Origin: an uncultured bacterium | GTDB taxonomy: Bacteria; CSSED10-310; CAZUFC01 | Length of the DNA: 48,956 nucleotides | Direction: 5' to 3' | Assembly: GCA_964619725.1 (NCBI GenBank) | Contig: CAZUFC010000002.1 | Coordinates: 1-48,956, forward strand | In this document: piece by piece, positions 18,701 to 26,957 of the stretch | How positions within the stretch are numbered: the first letter of the stretch is position 1 | Layout of the letters: every line of letters begins with the position of its first letter | Notes under the pieces: model-generated | Database searches by the model: none | What the model was told of the DNA's origin: nothing | Seen by the model: the letters and a program-made list of their open reading frames with translations, nothing else | Translations under genes and position numbers: made by a program

Positions 18701-20908
18701 CAATGGTCGGAAGTTTGGCCGGCGCTTACTGAAGGTTATTACTTGCTTAAATCTCAGGCCTACGATCTTGAGGATAATATTGAAATGCCCGGTCCGGGAG
18801 TGAACGTCCTCGTCGATGCGGACAAACTGCATACATGGGGGACGCTCTACGAGGATGAAACCTGGAGCGGGACCGTCAACGTCACGGGCGATGTCGTCGT
18901 GCCGGAAGACAAAACGCTTACTATTTTACCGGGAACTAATGTCGTTCTGACGGCATTGAGAGACGATTCGATGAGCGGAACGGACACCTCACGTATAGAA
19001 ATTATCGTGCACGGCGCTTTGATAGCCGACGGCGAACCAGGCAATCGAATTACATTCTCCGTCAATCAGCCGTTCCCGAATCCAGGCGACTGGTACGGCA
19101 TCAGGTTTGCCGATGAATCCGACGATGAATTATGCATTCTGGATTACTGCGATCTTCAATGGGGATATATTGGAGTCACGCTCCATACGGCTTCTCCGGC
19201 CATTTCCCACTGCACCATCAGCAACAACTATTACAGAGGCATTTCAGGCAAGCCGTCTGCAGCCCCTTCACGCGATTTCCTGGCGCCCTATGATCTCGTC
19301 ATCTCTCATACCGAAATTTCTGATACGGGCAGCGCTTCAGGCTACGGCATCTACCTGGAATGCTCCCCCAACATCGTCATCACTATGAATGGAAACAATA
19401 TTCATCACAACGCCGAAGAAGCAATATTCTGCAGTTTCGCATATCAGTCCAACGTGACGTTCAATATGTCGAACAACCAATGTCATCACAACGGAGACGA
19501 CGGCATACAGATGTATCTTTACGGCTCCAGCGGCATGACGGTCAATTCCCAAGGCGATTCGTTCTACAGCAATACCGAAAGCGGCGCTTACCTCTCCTGC
19601 TCCAATGCAAACAACCTCCATCTCAACTACATCGATTGCGAATTCTATTCCAACGACAGCTACGGGTATTACCTCAGAGGCAGCAACCAGACTTATATCT
19701 CCTGCGAATACAGCACATTTCATCATAACGAGGCGTACGGCGTCTATCTCTACGGAGGTAGAGCATCCTTTTCCAACAACGATGTATACCTGAACGACGA
19801 TTACGGCATACGTTTCCGCAGTATGAATTCAGTGATGACATGCGATTACAGCAACATCTACGATAATTACGATTATGAAATCTATAATGACTCTAGCTAC
19901 TCCGTGGATGCCCAATACTCCTGGTGGGGTGAAACAACAACGGCCGATATGGACCAGCAGGGCTACCCCGCGAATATAGAAAGACTCTACGATATCCGCG
20001 ATAATGCCTCCTACGGCGAAGTCAATTACAATAACTGGCTGTCCGCGCCCATCCCGTCGCCCACCCCCACTATAGGACCGACAGGAACGCCCGTACCGCC
20101 CACCGCCACGCCCACTTACGGCCCGACGTTGATCCCCACGGCCACGGTAGTCTGCTGGAACGACGGAGACGTCGACGACACCGGAACCCTAACACCCCAG
20201 GATGCGCAACTCTCATTCATGATTTATCTCGGCATTATAGCGACTCCCACTCACGATCAGGCCTGCTCCGCAGACTGTAACGGTTCAGCCTTCATTACGC
20301 CCGAAGACGCTCAATGCATCTTCCTTCATTTCATGGATATGGACTGCGATTGCGCCAATGAAGTCATACCCGGCTTTAAAAGCGACCAAAAATCACAGGC
20401 CGTTATGAATGACGCCCTCCGATTCGACCGCAGACAACATCCCTTGAGCACGGATCGGACTGGAAAGCTCTATTTCTATGCAGAATACGATCAAAGGCAA
20501 AATGTTGTTGAACTGCATATCGGCATCAGCGACAACAGCAATTACATCGACTCTTTCGGATTCAATATAGCCTATCCCAACTGCAAACTGGCATACGTGG
20601 ACGCAGAATTTTCCGAGTGCGTCAAGGATTGGCCGCTGATAGCAGCGAAAAACAAAGGCAATGCAGTCACAGCCGGAGGATGCTCCGTTTATGATGCCAT
20701 ACCTCCCCACTCCGCAGACCGCCTTCTTACGCTGACTTTCAGTCCCCGACTGAATCGTAACGCTTTTACCCTTCCCAATGCCGCAGACTTCAGTTTATTT
20801 GCTCTCACCGACGATGTGAACGGTTATGAAACACTCCCCATATTCTCTCTCCCCTCAGATAACGATCAGGCGCTCTCATTTCACGATAACGTCCTGAATC
20901 AGAGATGA
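15749..20908 (+). CDS. Giant secreted paralog: 3x beta-helix(+Ig) modules, P/T linker, dockerin, cohesin-like C-terminal domain
   Basis: Start moved to ATG 15749 (AAAGGAGG RBS, signal peptide). N-terminal ~1430 aa is colinear with 8763..15737. Duplicated Ca-loop motifs GDVDDTGTLTPQDAQ and ADCNGSAFITPEDAQ, then IDSFGFNIAYP..KLAYV..VTAGG..IPPHSADRLLTLTF. No C-terminal TM. Confidence 0.85.
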   Translation: MNRSHRNLIQISLTVIVLILLNAQPVIFAQTTSGTLAADETWSGTINVTGDITVPYGVTLTIEPGTTVSFTALSDDTNGGADSSRCEFIINEGEIHALGTSENMIVFTSADSEPSPRDWYGFRFVNSYDPYCVLDYCDIQWGYAGVRLSTASPTISNCIIANHSYRGIYGTVSAFSMTIENNEIYNIFGDSNGYGIFIDFENNRSVAISGNEIYGCDDSGIYCDMPYQSNSDVSITGNSIHNNGDHGVYMTLYGSSNLDVEFKNNLCYENPGRGYYLTSSNANNLEVYFYGCETYLNQDEGIYATADPGTNTTFTRCSFHDNVDSGLYINKGHTTLAYCDVYDNGGYGIHYNSTNGLQKVYYCNIYGNIDYDLYNNDSNAIDARFCWWGAAAYAEMESLGYTADISTFYDIHDNANKGMIDYREWASSLVDTSKDPLSFITYPSDGDSLHRGTLEIKGLAGATAGIFWVDVSTDGGTTWFNAQGAESWTFPWNVTLEGTYHIKSRAMDNDFNFETPGPGIIIDVDDSNIHQYGTLTTDETWSGSVTVTGDIIVPDEKTLTIMPGTVVTIAALRDDTYSGRDNSRVEFVIRGALSANGRPGQEIIFTSDKATPGKRDWYGIRFSDPYDAGCIVDHCDIQWACYGIKLEDSAPLVTNNHIANIQYEGITGDITERDMIIQGNEIYNSGSTSSDWAINLDFPPNREIIISDNYVHDVYAGGLYLYMPYTANTELFMDGNIIHTCGDDGMSILAYGSSGINIDIKNTDSYNNDEYGIYLSSTNSNNFNFRFSAGEIHSNDNDGLRLTCNTNNSLYFFGNDIYHNQGYGVYLSQGRGVFVQNSIHTNTSMGVYLTSCNKINKLYYNNIFGNSTYELYNDSSRAVDARNCWWGDYTAAQMNAWGYSSDIFSIFDIHDNGAKGMVDYRGWTQGQIDIATDPVSYIIDPMEGMTLPVGDFTVKGVAAASAGIDYVDFSADGGVNWAAAEGAEQWSEVWPALTEGYYLLKSQAYDLEDNIEMPGPGVNVLVDADKLHTWGTLYEDETWSGTVNVTGDVVVPEDKTLTILPGTNVVLTALRDDSMSGTDTSRIEIIVHGALIADGEPGNRITFSVNQPFPNPGDWYGIRFADESDDELCILDYCDLQWGYIGVTLHTASPAISHCTISNNYYRGISGKPSAAPSRDFLAPYDLVISHTEISDTGSASGYGIYLECSPNIVITMNGNNIHHNAEEAIFCSFAYQSNVTFNMSNNQCHHNGDDGIQMYLYGSSGMTVNSQGDSFYSNTESGAYLSCSNANNLHLNYIDCEFYSNDSYGYYLRGSNQTYISCEYSTFHHNEAYGVYLYGGRASFSNNDVYLNDDYGIRFRSMNSVMTCDYSNIYDNYDYEIYNDSSYSVDAQYSWWGETTTADMDQQGYPANIERLYDIRDNASYGEVNYNNWLSAPIPSPTPTIGPTGTPVPPTATPTYGPTLIPTATVVCWNDGDVDDTGTLTPQDAQLSFMIYLGIIATPTHDQACSADCNGSAFITPEDAQCIFLHFMDMDCDCANEVIPGFKSDQKSQAVMNDALRFDRRQHPLSTDRTGKLYFYAEYDQRQNVVELHIGISDNSNYIDSFGFNIAYPNCKLAYVDAEFSECVKDWPLIAAKNKGNAVTAGGCSVYDAIPPHSADRLLTLTFSPRLNRNAFTLPNAADFSLFALTDDVNGYETLPIFSLPSDNDQALSFHDNVLNQR

Positions 20909-20926
20909 ACCGGAGGTGGTATAGGA

Positions 20927-22300
20927 ATGAAACAAATAAGACTAATTTTCAGTCTCATAATTCTTTCGATTGTCCTTTTGCTGGAACCGGTCGCAGGAGA
21001 CGCTCAAACCCAGGGCGACATGCTGCTGGTTGAAAATTTTTCGGGCTGCACCGATGATACGGTACAAACCGCTCTCAACATTTCCAATCCCGATTCAGAA
21101 CTCGATTCCTTCGGCCTGGATATCCTCTACCCGAACGATAAACTCTCCTTCTCCTCCTGCGTCAGGGGCGACCTGACATTCGCCTGGTCCTATTTCACTT
21201 ACAACGAAATCGAACCTGGAAGAGTCAGAATAGGAGGATACAGCCTCTCGCCCATACCCGACGGCAGCGAAGGAAGCATCGCCAGAATCAATTTCGTCGT
21301 AACGTGCGGCGCTTGTGAGGAACTGGATGAAGATACGATAGAGTTGACCGATATGGTTGACGACATCGCGGGATGGGAAACCCAGCCGGGAACCTTCACC
21401 TATATCTGCGACCCTCTGATCTGGGTTCATGACTCATCCGGAGAATACTGCGAATTCATCAGCATCCCCATATCCATATCCAATCCCGACGCTCCGCTGG
21501 ATTCCATGGGGTTCGATGTTCTCTATTCCCACGACATGATTGTCCCGGTTTCATGCGAACCGGGAGAACTCAACTCAGCCTGGCCCTACTTCATCTACAA
21601 CCTCATCGAACCGGGACGACTGCGAATCGGCGGCTTCGATACCGAACCCATTGAACCCGGCTGCATCGGCACGGTAGCCAATATGACCTTCATGGTCAGA
21701 TGCTTTAATTGCGAAATTGGCGATCAGTGCGAACTGTCCTTCAGCGGCCGCGTAGACGATATAGCAGATTGGCAGACAGGAAACGGCTCTTTCACCTTCC
21801 TGGGAGGTCCAACTCCGCCGCCTACATGCATGGTGACCGAAACCCCAACGGAAACTCCAACGCCATCGCAGACCCCCACAACCACAAACACACCGACAGA
21901 ATCACCCACCTGCACAATGACCGATACCGCAACCCGGACCCTTACCGCCACAACAACACCTACAGACACCGCTACCCCTACCGCCACAACAACACCTACA
22001 GACACCGCTACCCCTACCGCCACAACGACTCCAGCACCTACCCAGGCGCTTACCGACACTCCAACCCCTACTACTACGCCGACACTTACTCCGACGCCCA
22101 CACTCACACCTACAAGCACCCCAACCGCATCCCCGACCGCAACGAATACTTTTACCCCCATCTCCGCTACACCCACAATAACCCTATCGCCGACCGCTCC
22201 GCCAATTCCCGCCGCATCCCCCAGAAGCATCCTCCTCCTGACCGTCATATTTGCCGCTTTCCTTCTCTCCTCAACCTCATTTAAAAAGGAAGGTCTATGA
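20927..22300 (+). CDS. Two-cohesin anchoring mini-scaffoldin with Thr/Pro linker and IPTL-CTERM-like anchor
   Basis: Signal peptide. Two ~130-aa repeats SG.....I.ISNPD..LDSxGxDxLY....C..GxL..AWxYFxYNxIEPGRxRIGG....PIxxGxxGxxAxxxFxVxC (cohesin-like). About 130-aa T/P tract, then IPAAS-TM-KK. GGAGGT RBS. Confidence 0.75.
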   Translation: MKQIRLIFSLIILSIVLLLEPVAGDAQTQGDMLLVENFSGCTDDTVQTALNISNPDSELDSFGLDILYPNDKLSFSSCVRGDLTFAWSYFTYNEIEPGRVRIGGYSLSPIPDGSEGSIARINFVVTCGACEELDEDTIELTDMVDDIAGWETQPGTFTYICDPLIWVHDSSGEYCEFISIPISISNPDAPLDSMGFDVLYSHDMIVPVSCEPGELNSAWPYFIYNLIEPGRLRIGGFDTEPIEPGCIGTVANMTFMVRCFNCEIGDQCELSFSGRVDDIADWQTGNGSFTFLGGPTPPPTCMVTETPTETPTPSQTPTTTNTPTESPTCTMTDTATRTLTATTTPTDTATPTATTTPTDTATPTATTTPAPTQALTDTPTPTTTPTLTPTPTLTPTSTPTASPTATNTFTPISATPTITLSPTAPPIPAASPRSILLLTVIFAAFLLSSTSFKKEGL

Positions 22301-22522
22301 TTATTTCCCCGCGTTAAATTTGGGACTGCCCAAAGCCGTAATTCTCAAAGGAAATCCTATGCCCGGCTCAACAGGATGCCGTACCACCTTCACTGTTTCT
22401 ATTCTCGGCACTGATCAGGCCAATCAAAAAAACCGGTGCATTGATCCCTCCTTACCAAAGCTGACTTTTACACACACGTGACACAAAAGTTCGATTGGCT
22501 CCACACTGTATATATCATTTAC

Positions 22523-22664
22523 GGCATTGATCAAAAATGCGTGTTTTAGGGTAGCAATTCTTCAGAATATCCCATCATTTTGTTTCGATTTCGATACCGA
22601 CCCCGATTACTGAAACAAACTGTCAAACCTTTTGAAAAAGTGTAATCCCGGTTTGATCAGACCT
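22523..22664 (-). mobile_element. Family B MITE-like element (inverted orientation)
   Basis: GGCATTGATCAAAAATGCG...CCCGGTTTGATCAGACC. Its reverse complement aligns along the length with 7370-7518. Confidence 0.7.
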
Positions 22665-22962
22665 AAAAGTCATTTGTCGCCCATGAAATATATTGAGATT
22701 TCCGGGTCCGCGCCTGCGGCCTTACCCTTGATGAAGTCTTTCCTGGACATTCATTCTATCGGAAAGTCGAAAGAAGTGCGCTTTACGTCAACATCGATCA
22801 TTTTATTCGATAGATACGTGTAAATCGGGGTCGGGATCGGCATCGAAATCGAAACCGCTAATTACCAGGGGCTTTCCGTATAAGAAACGTTTCAATATAC
22901 CGACATTGAACCCTTGCCCGTAAAGGCGCCGCCAAAATTAAAATTTAACCGCTGTCATCATG

Positions 22963-23096
22963 CTCTTCTCTTTTCGCGTAAATTCGCGTGATTTCGCGGA
23001 TAAAAAATTCTTAGAAAATGCTTTAATCATTTACACATGCCGGACTGGATTTTTTTTATCCGCGAAACTTCACGAATTCACGCGAAAAAGAGGGAG
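22963..23096. repeat. Long imperfect inverted repeat (stem-loop)
   Basis: TTTTCGCGTAAATTCGCGTGATTTCGCGGATAAAAAA pairs with TTTTTTATCCGCGAAACTTCACGAATTCACGCGAAAA. Arms are built from TTCGCG sub-repeats. Confidence 0.75.
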
Positions 23097-23165
23097 TCCT
23101 CAGAAATGTCTCGTTAGATGGCAATCGTCGCTGTCGTATTTGACGGATGATCTTCAAAAAATATT

Positions 23166-23321
23166 GGGACTGATCAAACCGGGGTTAAAATTCTTTATAA
23201 TCGCTTGACAGTTTGTTTCAGCAATCGGGGTCAGTATCAGCATCGGAATCTCAATCGAAATAAAAATGAAGGGATATTCTACAAAATCGTAAACTCTAAA
23301 GACCCATTTTTGATCAATGCC
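23166..23321 (+). mobile_element. Family B MITE-like element
   Basis: GGGACTGATCAAACCGGGG...CATTTTTGATCAATGCC with an internal hexamer tract. Confidence 0.7.
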
Positions 23322-23412
23322 GTTTTTATTTTATTCCTGGCTTGAATTGAATTACACTGGAGCAGGAAGCGAGTTGCGGGATTTTGTGGCGGCATCACAT
23401 GGAATTTTCGTT

Positions 23413-24876
23413 ATGAAAAAATTTGATCGTTTTCCTGAATTGCTCATGTTCATTACCGTTCTGGTTTATTTTGTCATTATTGTCGCAGCTTCATTGCATC
23501 AAGTGAACCGGTTCGGAGAAATTGAGGACCTGGATGTGGCGGTTCAGGGATGCTGGAGCGTTCTTCATGGGTATGGGACTCACAGTTTCCGGGCTGAAGG
23601 AGGATTCTTCTCCCTGCATGTTATGCTGATGGTCTTCCCTGTCGTACTGGTATTCGCTCTTTATCCCGGACCGCACATATTGCTGATTCTGCGCAGCCTA
23701 TTTCTGGCCGGCGCGGGAGTTCCTCTGTTTTACCTGGCCCGGCGAAAATTGCAGAATTCTTGGCTTGCTCTTCTTTTTACCGGAACGCTTTTTCTGTATT
23801 TTCCTTATAATGCGCTCTCTTTTTCAACATTCGCAGGTTTTCACATGGATATTCTTGCCGCTCCTCTTCTGATTCTTGCTTTTTGCCTCCTTGAATATAA
23901 AAAACATAAGTCTTTTTTCATCGTCCTCGCAATGATCTTTCTTCTGAAGGAAAATATGGCCTTTCTGGGCATCACGACAGGACTTTACCTGTTCTTTTTC
24001 CTCAAAAAGCAAAAATTGGGACTCTTTACCCTGGGAGCCGCTCTTTTGTGGATCATCCTCTCCATATTCGTCATCCTTCCATTAGGTAACGGAATGCCTC
24101 CTTTTTCTTCAGCGCCGCTCAACATGGATTTCGGCGCCGAACTGGGACAAAGTCTGCCGGAAGTCGCCGTAAATGCGGTCAAACGCCCTCTGATCACATA
24201 CAAAATACTGACCCGGCCTGAAAATATGCGCCTGCTGCATGAACAATTCTGGCCCCTGGCTTACCTGCCGGCGCTCAGCCCTGAAGCGGCCTTTATTTCT
24301 TTACCTATATTCCTTCAGAATTTCCTGGCTGATGATGCCAAACATAAAACAGTTTTCCGCTGGTACCAGGCTCCGATTTATCCGTTTCTTTTCCTTGCCC
24401 TGATCCTGAGCGTACAAAGGCTCGGCCATGGTTTCGGGTCATTGTTCAAACGAACGCCAAGGTCTGCGTTTTTTATTAAAACGTGTTTGATCGCGCTGGT
24501 TCTCATACTATGTCTGTATTCCAATTTCAGCGAATCCTTTTTTCGGGTTGAACAACCTCTCCCGCTCATGAATAAAGAAAAAGCCGAAGCTGCAGCAACG
24601 ATTCTTCGGAAAACTCCTGAATCAGCTTCATTGCTCTGCACTCGTAATTTTTTGCCTCATGCGGCGCTTCGTCGATATTATGCCTCACTGGCCGATTACT
24701 TTAATCCTGATATCCCGCATGTCAGGGACGTCGACTGGCGCTATGTCCTGGTTGATGAAGCAGTGGCTGCACAAGAGTTCGATATTGAATTGGAGCGTTT
24801 GCTGATGAAATATAAAATGATAGACTCTTGTCACGGAATAACCCTTTACCGGCAAATTGAAACTGAATCGCCATGA
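23413..24876 (+). CDS. DUF2079-like multi-TM membrane protein (predicted GT-C glycosyltransferase)
   Basis: EDLDVAVQGCWSVLHG, PLFYLARRKL, GFHMDILAAP, LLKEN, WYQAPIYP, with many TMs. Start placed at 23413 because the ATG at 23317 lies inside the repeat end. Confidence 0.7.
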   Translation: MKKFDRFPELLMFITVLVYFVIIVAASLHQVNRFGEIEDLDVAVQGCWSVLHGYGTHSFRAEGGFFSLHVMLMVFPVVLVFALYPGPHILLILRSLFLAGAGVPLFYLARRKLQNSWLALLFTGTLFLYFPYNALSFSTFAGFHMDILAAPLLILAFCLLEYKKHKSFFIVLAMIFLLKENMAFLGITTGLYLFFFLKKQKLGLFTLGAALLWIILSIFVILPLGNGMPPFSSAPLNMDFGAELGQSLPEVAVNAVKRPLITYKILTRPENMRLLHEQFWPLAYLPALSPEAAFISLPIFLQNFLADDAKHKTVFRWYQAPIYPFLFLALILSVQRLGHGFGSLFKRTPRSAFFIKTCLIALVLILCLYSNFSESFFRVEQPLPLMNKEKAEAAATILRKTPESASLLCTRNFLPHAALRRYYASLADYFNPDIPHVRDVDWRYVLVDEAVAAQEFDIELERLLMKYKMIDSCHGITLYRQIETESP

Positions 24877-26753
24877 AAAAAACATCTTTCGGAATACTGC
24901 TCTTTTTAATAACAATGGCCGGTGCAATGATCTACCTGTCTTCGCTTGACGGTCAATTCATCTGGGACGATTACGATCTGATACTGAATGATCCGCACGT
25001 TAAGCAACCCCTGACGACGGAATCAGTTTCCGCCCTGTTTTCCCTGGAATACTGGCAGAATTATTTTTCCGGACGTAAAGGGCAGTATCGTCCCCTGCGT
25101 GCCCTTAGTTTTCTTGTGGAACATTCGCTCTATGGATTTAATCCGTTTTATGCCCGCCTTTTAAACCTCTTTTTTCATCTCGCCTGCACCTCCGGCGTCG
25201 CTTTCTTGACCCTTCAGCTCCTCAAATCAAAAGGCTCTGCTCTGGCTGCAGCTCTTCTTTTTGCGGTCCATCCAATTCATGTTGAGGCTGTATTATGGGT
25301 GAAAAACAGGACAGAACTTTTTGCCGCGTTTTTCGTCATAACGAGTTTCATTTTTTTCGTTTCAGGCATTCGCAAAAAATCGATTCTGCTTTATATCGTT
25401 TCTTTTGTCTTATACCTGCTTGCCCTGATTTCGAAAGAAACCGCCATAACCGCTCCATTGCTCATGGCTGCCTTCGTTTTCATCAATAAAAAGCCGGATA
25501 AACCAGTCAACAGAGTTTTGTGTCTGATGCCCTTTATCCTGGCTGCGTTGTTGCACGCCGGATTTTATCTGTTTGTTCTCAGGCAACCGGAAAGCGGTGC
25601 TGAAGGTCATCAGTACGATCTATTCCAACTCCTCATACTCGTTTTACAGACATATTATCATTATTTGATATTCCTGGTCTTCCCCATCAATCTCAGCGTC
25701 GGTCATTATATGCCGGAACCCGCGTTTATGAATCTCTCCCTGTGGCTGGCTCTTTTTTTCCTCTCCCTTCTTATTTTATGCTTCATAAAATTATGGAAAT
25801 TCGACAGTAGGCTGCTTGTTCCCTTCTTATGGATATTCATCACTCTCGCGCCCTCCTCCAATATAATACCGCTGACCGGCCGTTTGCTGGCCGAACAGCG
25901 CTTGTATTTGCCCTCTGTGGGCTTCTGTATGCTTGCAGGAGCATTGTTGCATTACTCCTGGGTTACACTGCGAAAATTGAGAAAAAATGCCGTTCTTTCA
26001 GCTTCGACCCTATTTTACGCTCTATTGGCATGCGTGATGATTTTTTACGTTTATCAGACTGTGAGTTACAGTTTTGTGTGGCGTGATGAAATTACATTCT
26101 TCGATTATTGCATTAAGAAGAATCCCCGTAATCCAAAATTTTACAATAACCTCGGACTGGCCTATTCCGAACGGGGCAGGGATGCCGAGGCGTTGGCCAT
26201 GTTCAAAAAAGCGTTCATGTTCAGTCAGAATGACCCCATGATTCTGGTGAACCTGGCTGATTTCAGAAGCAAAACAGGCGAATGGGGTATGGCGGAAGAG
26301 CTCTATCTTACGGCCCTGACCGTTGCTCCTTCTTACTATCCTGCCTATAACGGACTGGGAATTCTGAACGTTCGGAAAGGAAACCTGGATAAGGCCCGGG
26401 AACATTTCCATCGGCTTCTGGAACTCAGACCGGACTTTGCGGACGGTTATAATAACCTGGCGAATGTGGATGCGAAAAAAGGTCTGTTGGAAAGTGCGAT
26501 CAACCTGCGCAAGAAAGCCGTAAGATTGGACCCGGACGAACCCCAATACCGGTTTAATCTGGGCAATGATTACGCCAAGTCGGGTAATCTTCGGAAAGCC
26601 GCAGAACAATATGAAAAATTCCTCGATATGCAGCCCCACGATCCTGCGGCCTATAAAAAAACTGCTGCAGCATTCGCCAATATCGGTGAAAAAAAGGCGG
26701 CAGATGCTCTTCTGAGACGCGCTGAAGAACTGGGAACCGCGCCGACCGATTGA
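24873..26753 (+). CDS. TMTC-like GT-C protein O-glycosyl(mannosyl)transferase with C-terminal TPRs
   Basis: FIWDD, YRPL, ALLFAVHPIHVEAVLWV..R.E, LISKETAI, AEQRLYLPSVG, then TPRs (YNNLGLAY, AYNGLG, YNNLAN, FNLGNDY). ATGA overlap with the previous gene. Confidence 0.85.
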   Translation: MKKTSFGILLFLITMAGAMIYLSSLDGQFIWDDYDLILNDPHVKQPLTTESVSALFSLEYWQNYFSGRKGQYRPLRALSFLVEHSLYGFNPFYARLLNLFFHLACTSGVAFLTLQLLKSKGSALAAALLFAVHPIHVEAVLWVKNRTELFAAFFVITSFIFFVSGIRKKSILLYIVSFVLYLLALISKETAITAPLLMAAFVFINKKPDKPVNRVLCLMPFILAALLHAGFYLFVLRQPESGAEGHQYDLFQLLILVLQTYYHYLIFLVFPINLSVGHYMPEPAFMNLSLWLALFFLSLLILCFIKLWKFDSRLLVPFLWIFITLAPSSNIIPLTGRLLAEQRLYLPSVGFCMLAGALLHYSWVTLRKLRKNAVLSASTLFYALLACVMIFYVYQTVSYSFVWRDEITFFDYCIKKNPRNPKFYNNLGLAYSERGRDAEALAMFKKAFMFSQNDPMILVNLADFRSKTGEWGMAEELYLTALTVAPSYYPAYNGLGILNVRKGNLDKAREHFHRLLELRPDFADGYNNLANVDAKKGLLESAINLRKKAVRLDPDEPQYRFNLGNDYAKSGNLRKAAEQYEKFLDMQPHDPAAYKKTAAAFANIGEKKAADALLRRAEELGTAPTD

Positions 26754-26957
26754 AACATGAATCCTCTGTTTATGGAAATAATGGTTATGAGGCTCTTCGG
26801 ACTCGAACGGCTTGAATCGGAACTGAGGGCCTTCAACAATGTCTGAGAAATGCAAAAGTTGTTTTTTTATTGATTATGTCGAAGCGGTCCTGCTGAATCG
26901 TCCGGGTAAAGAGACTCACGCTCCGGGGACCAGGTTTTTACGATTTTATAAGTATCA

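Noticed and set aside
21709-22284. Alternative-frame and antisense ORFs over P/T linkers (also 43295-43628, 13043-13246)
   Set aside because: Shadows of low-complexity Thr/Pro codons in the real genes.
22665-22823. Short ORF-like sequence between the inverted family B copies
   Set aside because: The plus-strand ORF starts inside the repeat, the minus-strand frame has an internal stop, and no product is recognisable.
26022-26855. 277-aa antisense ORF and other long antisense ORFs inside large genes
   Set aside because: Overlap well-supported genes on the opposite strand and lack recognisable motifs.
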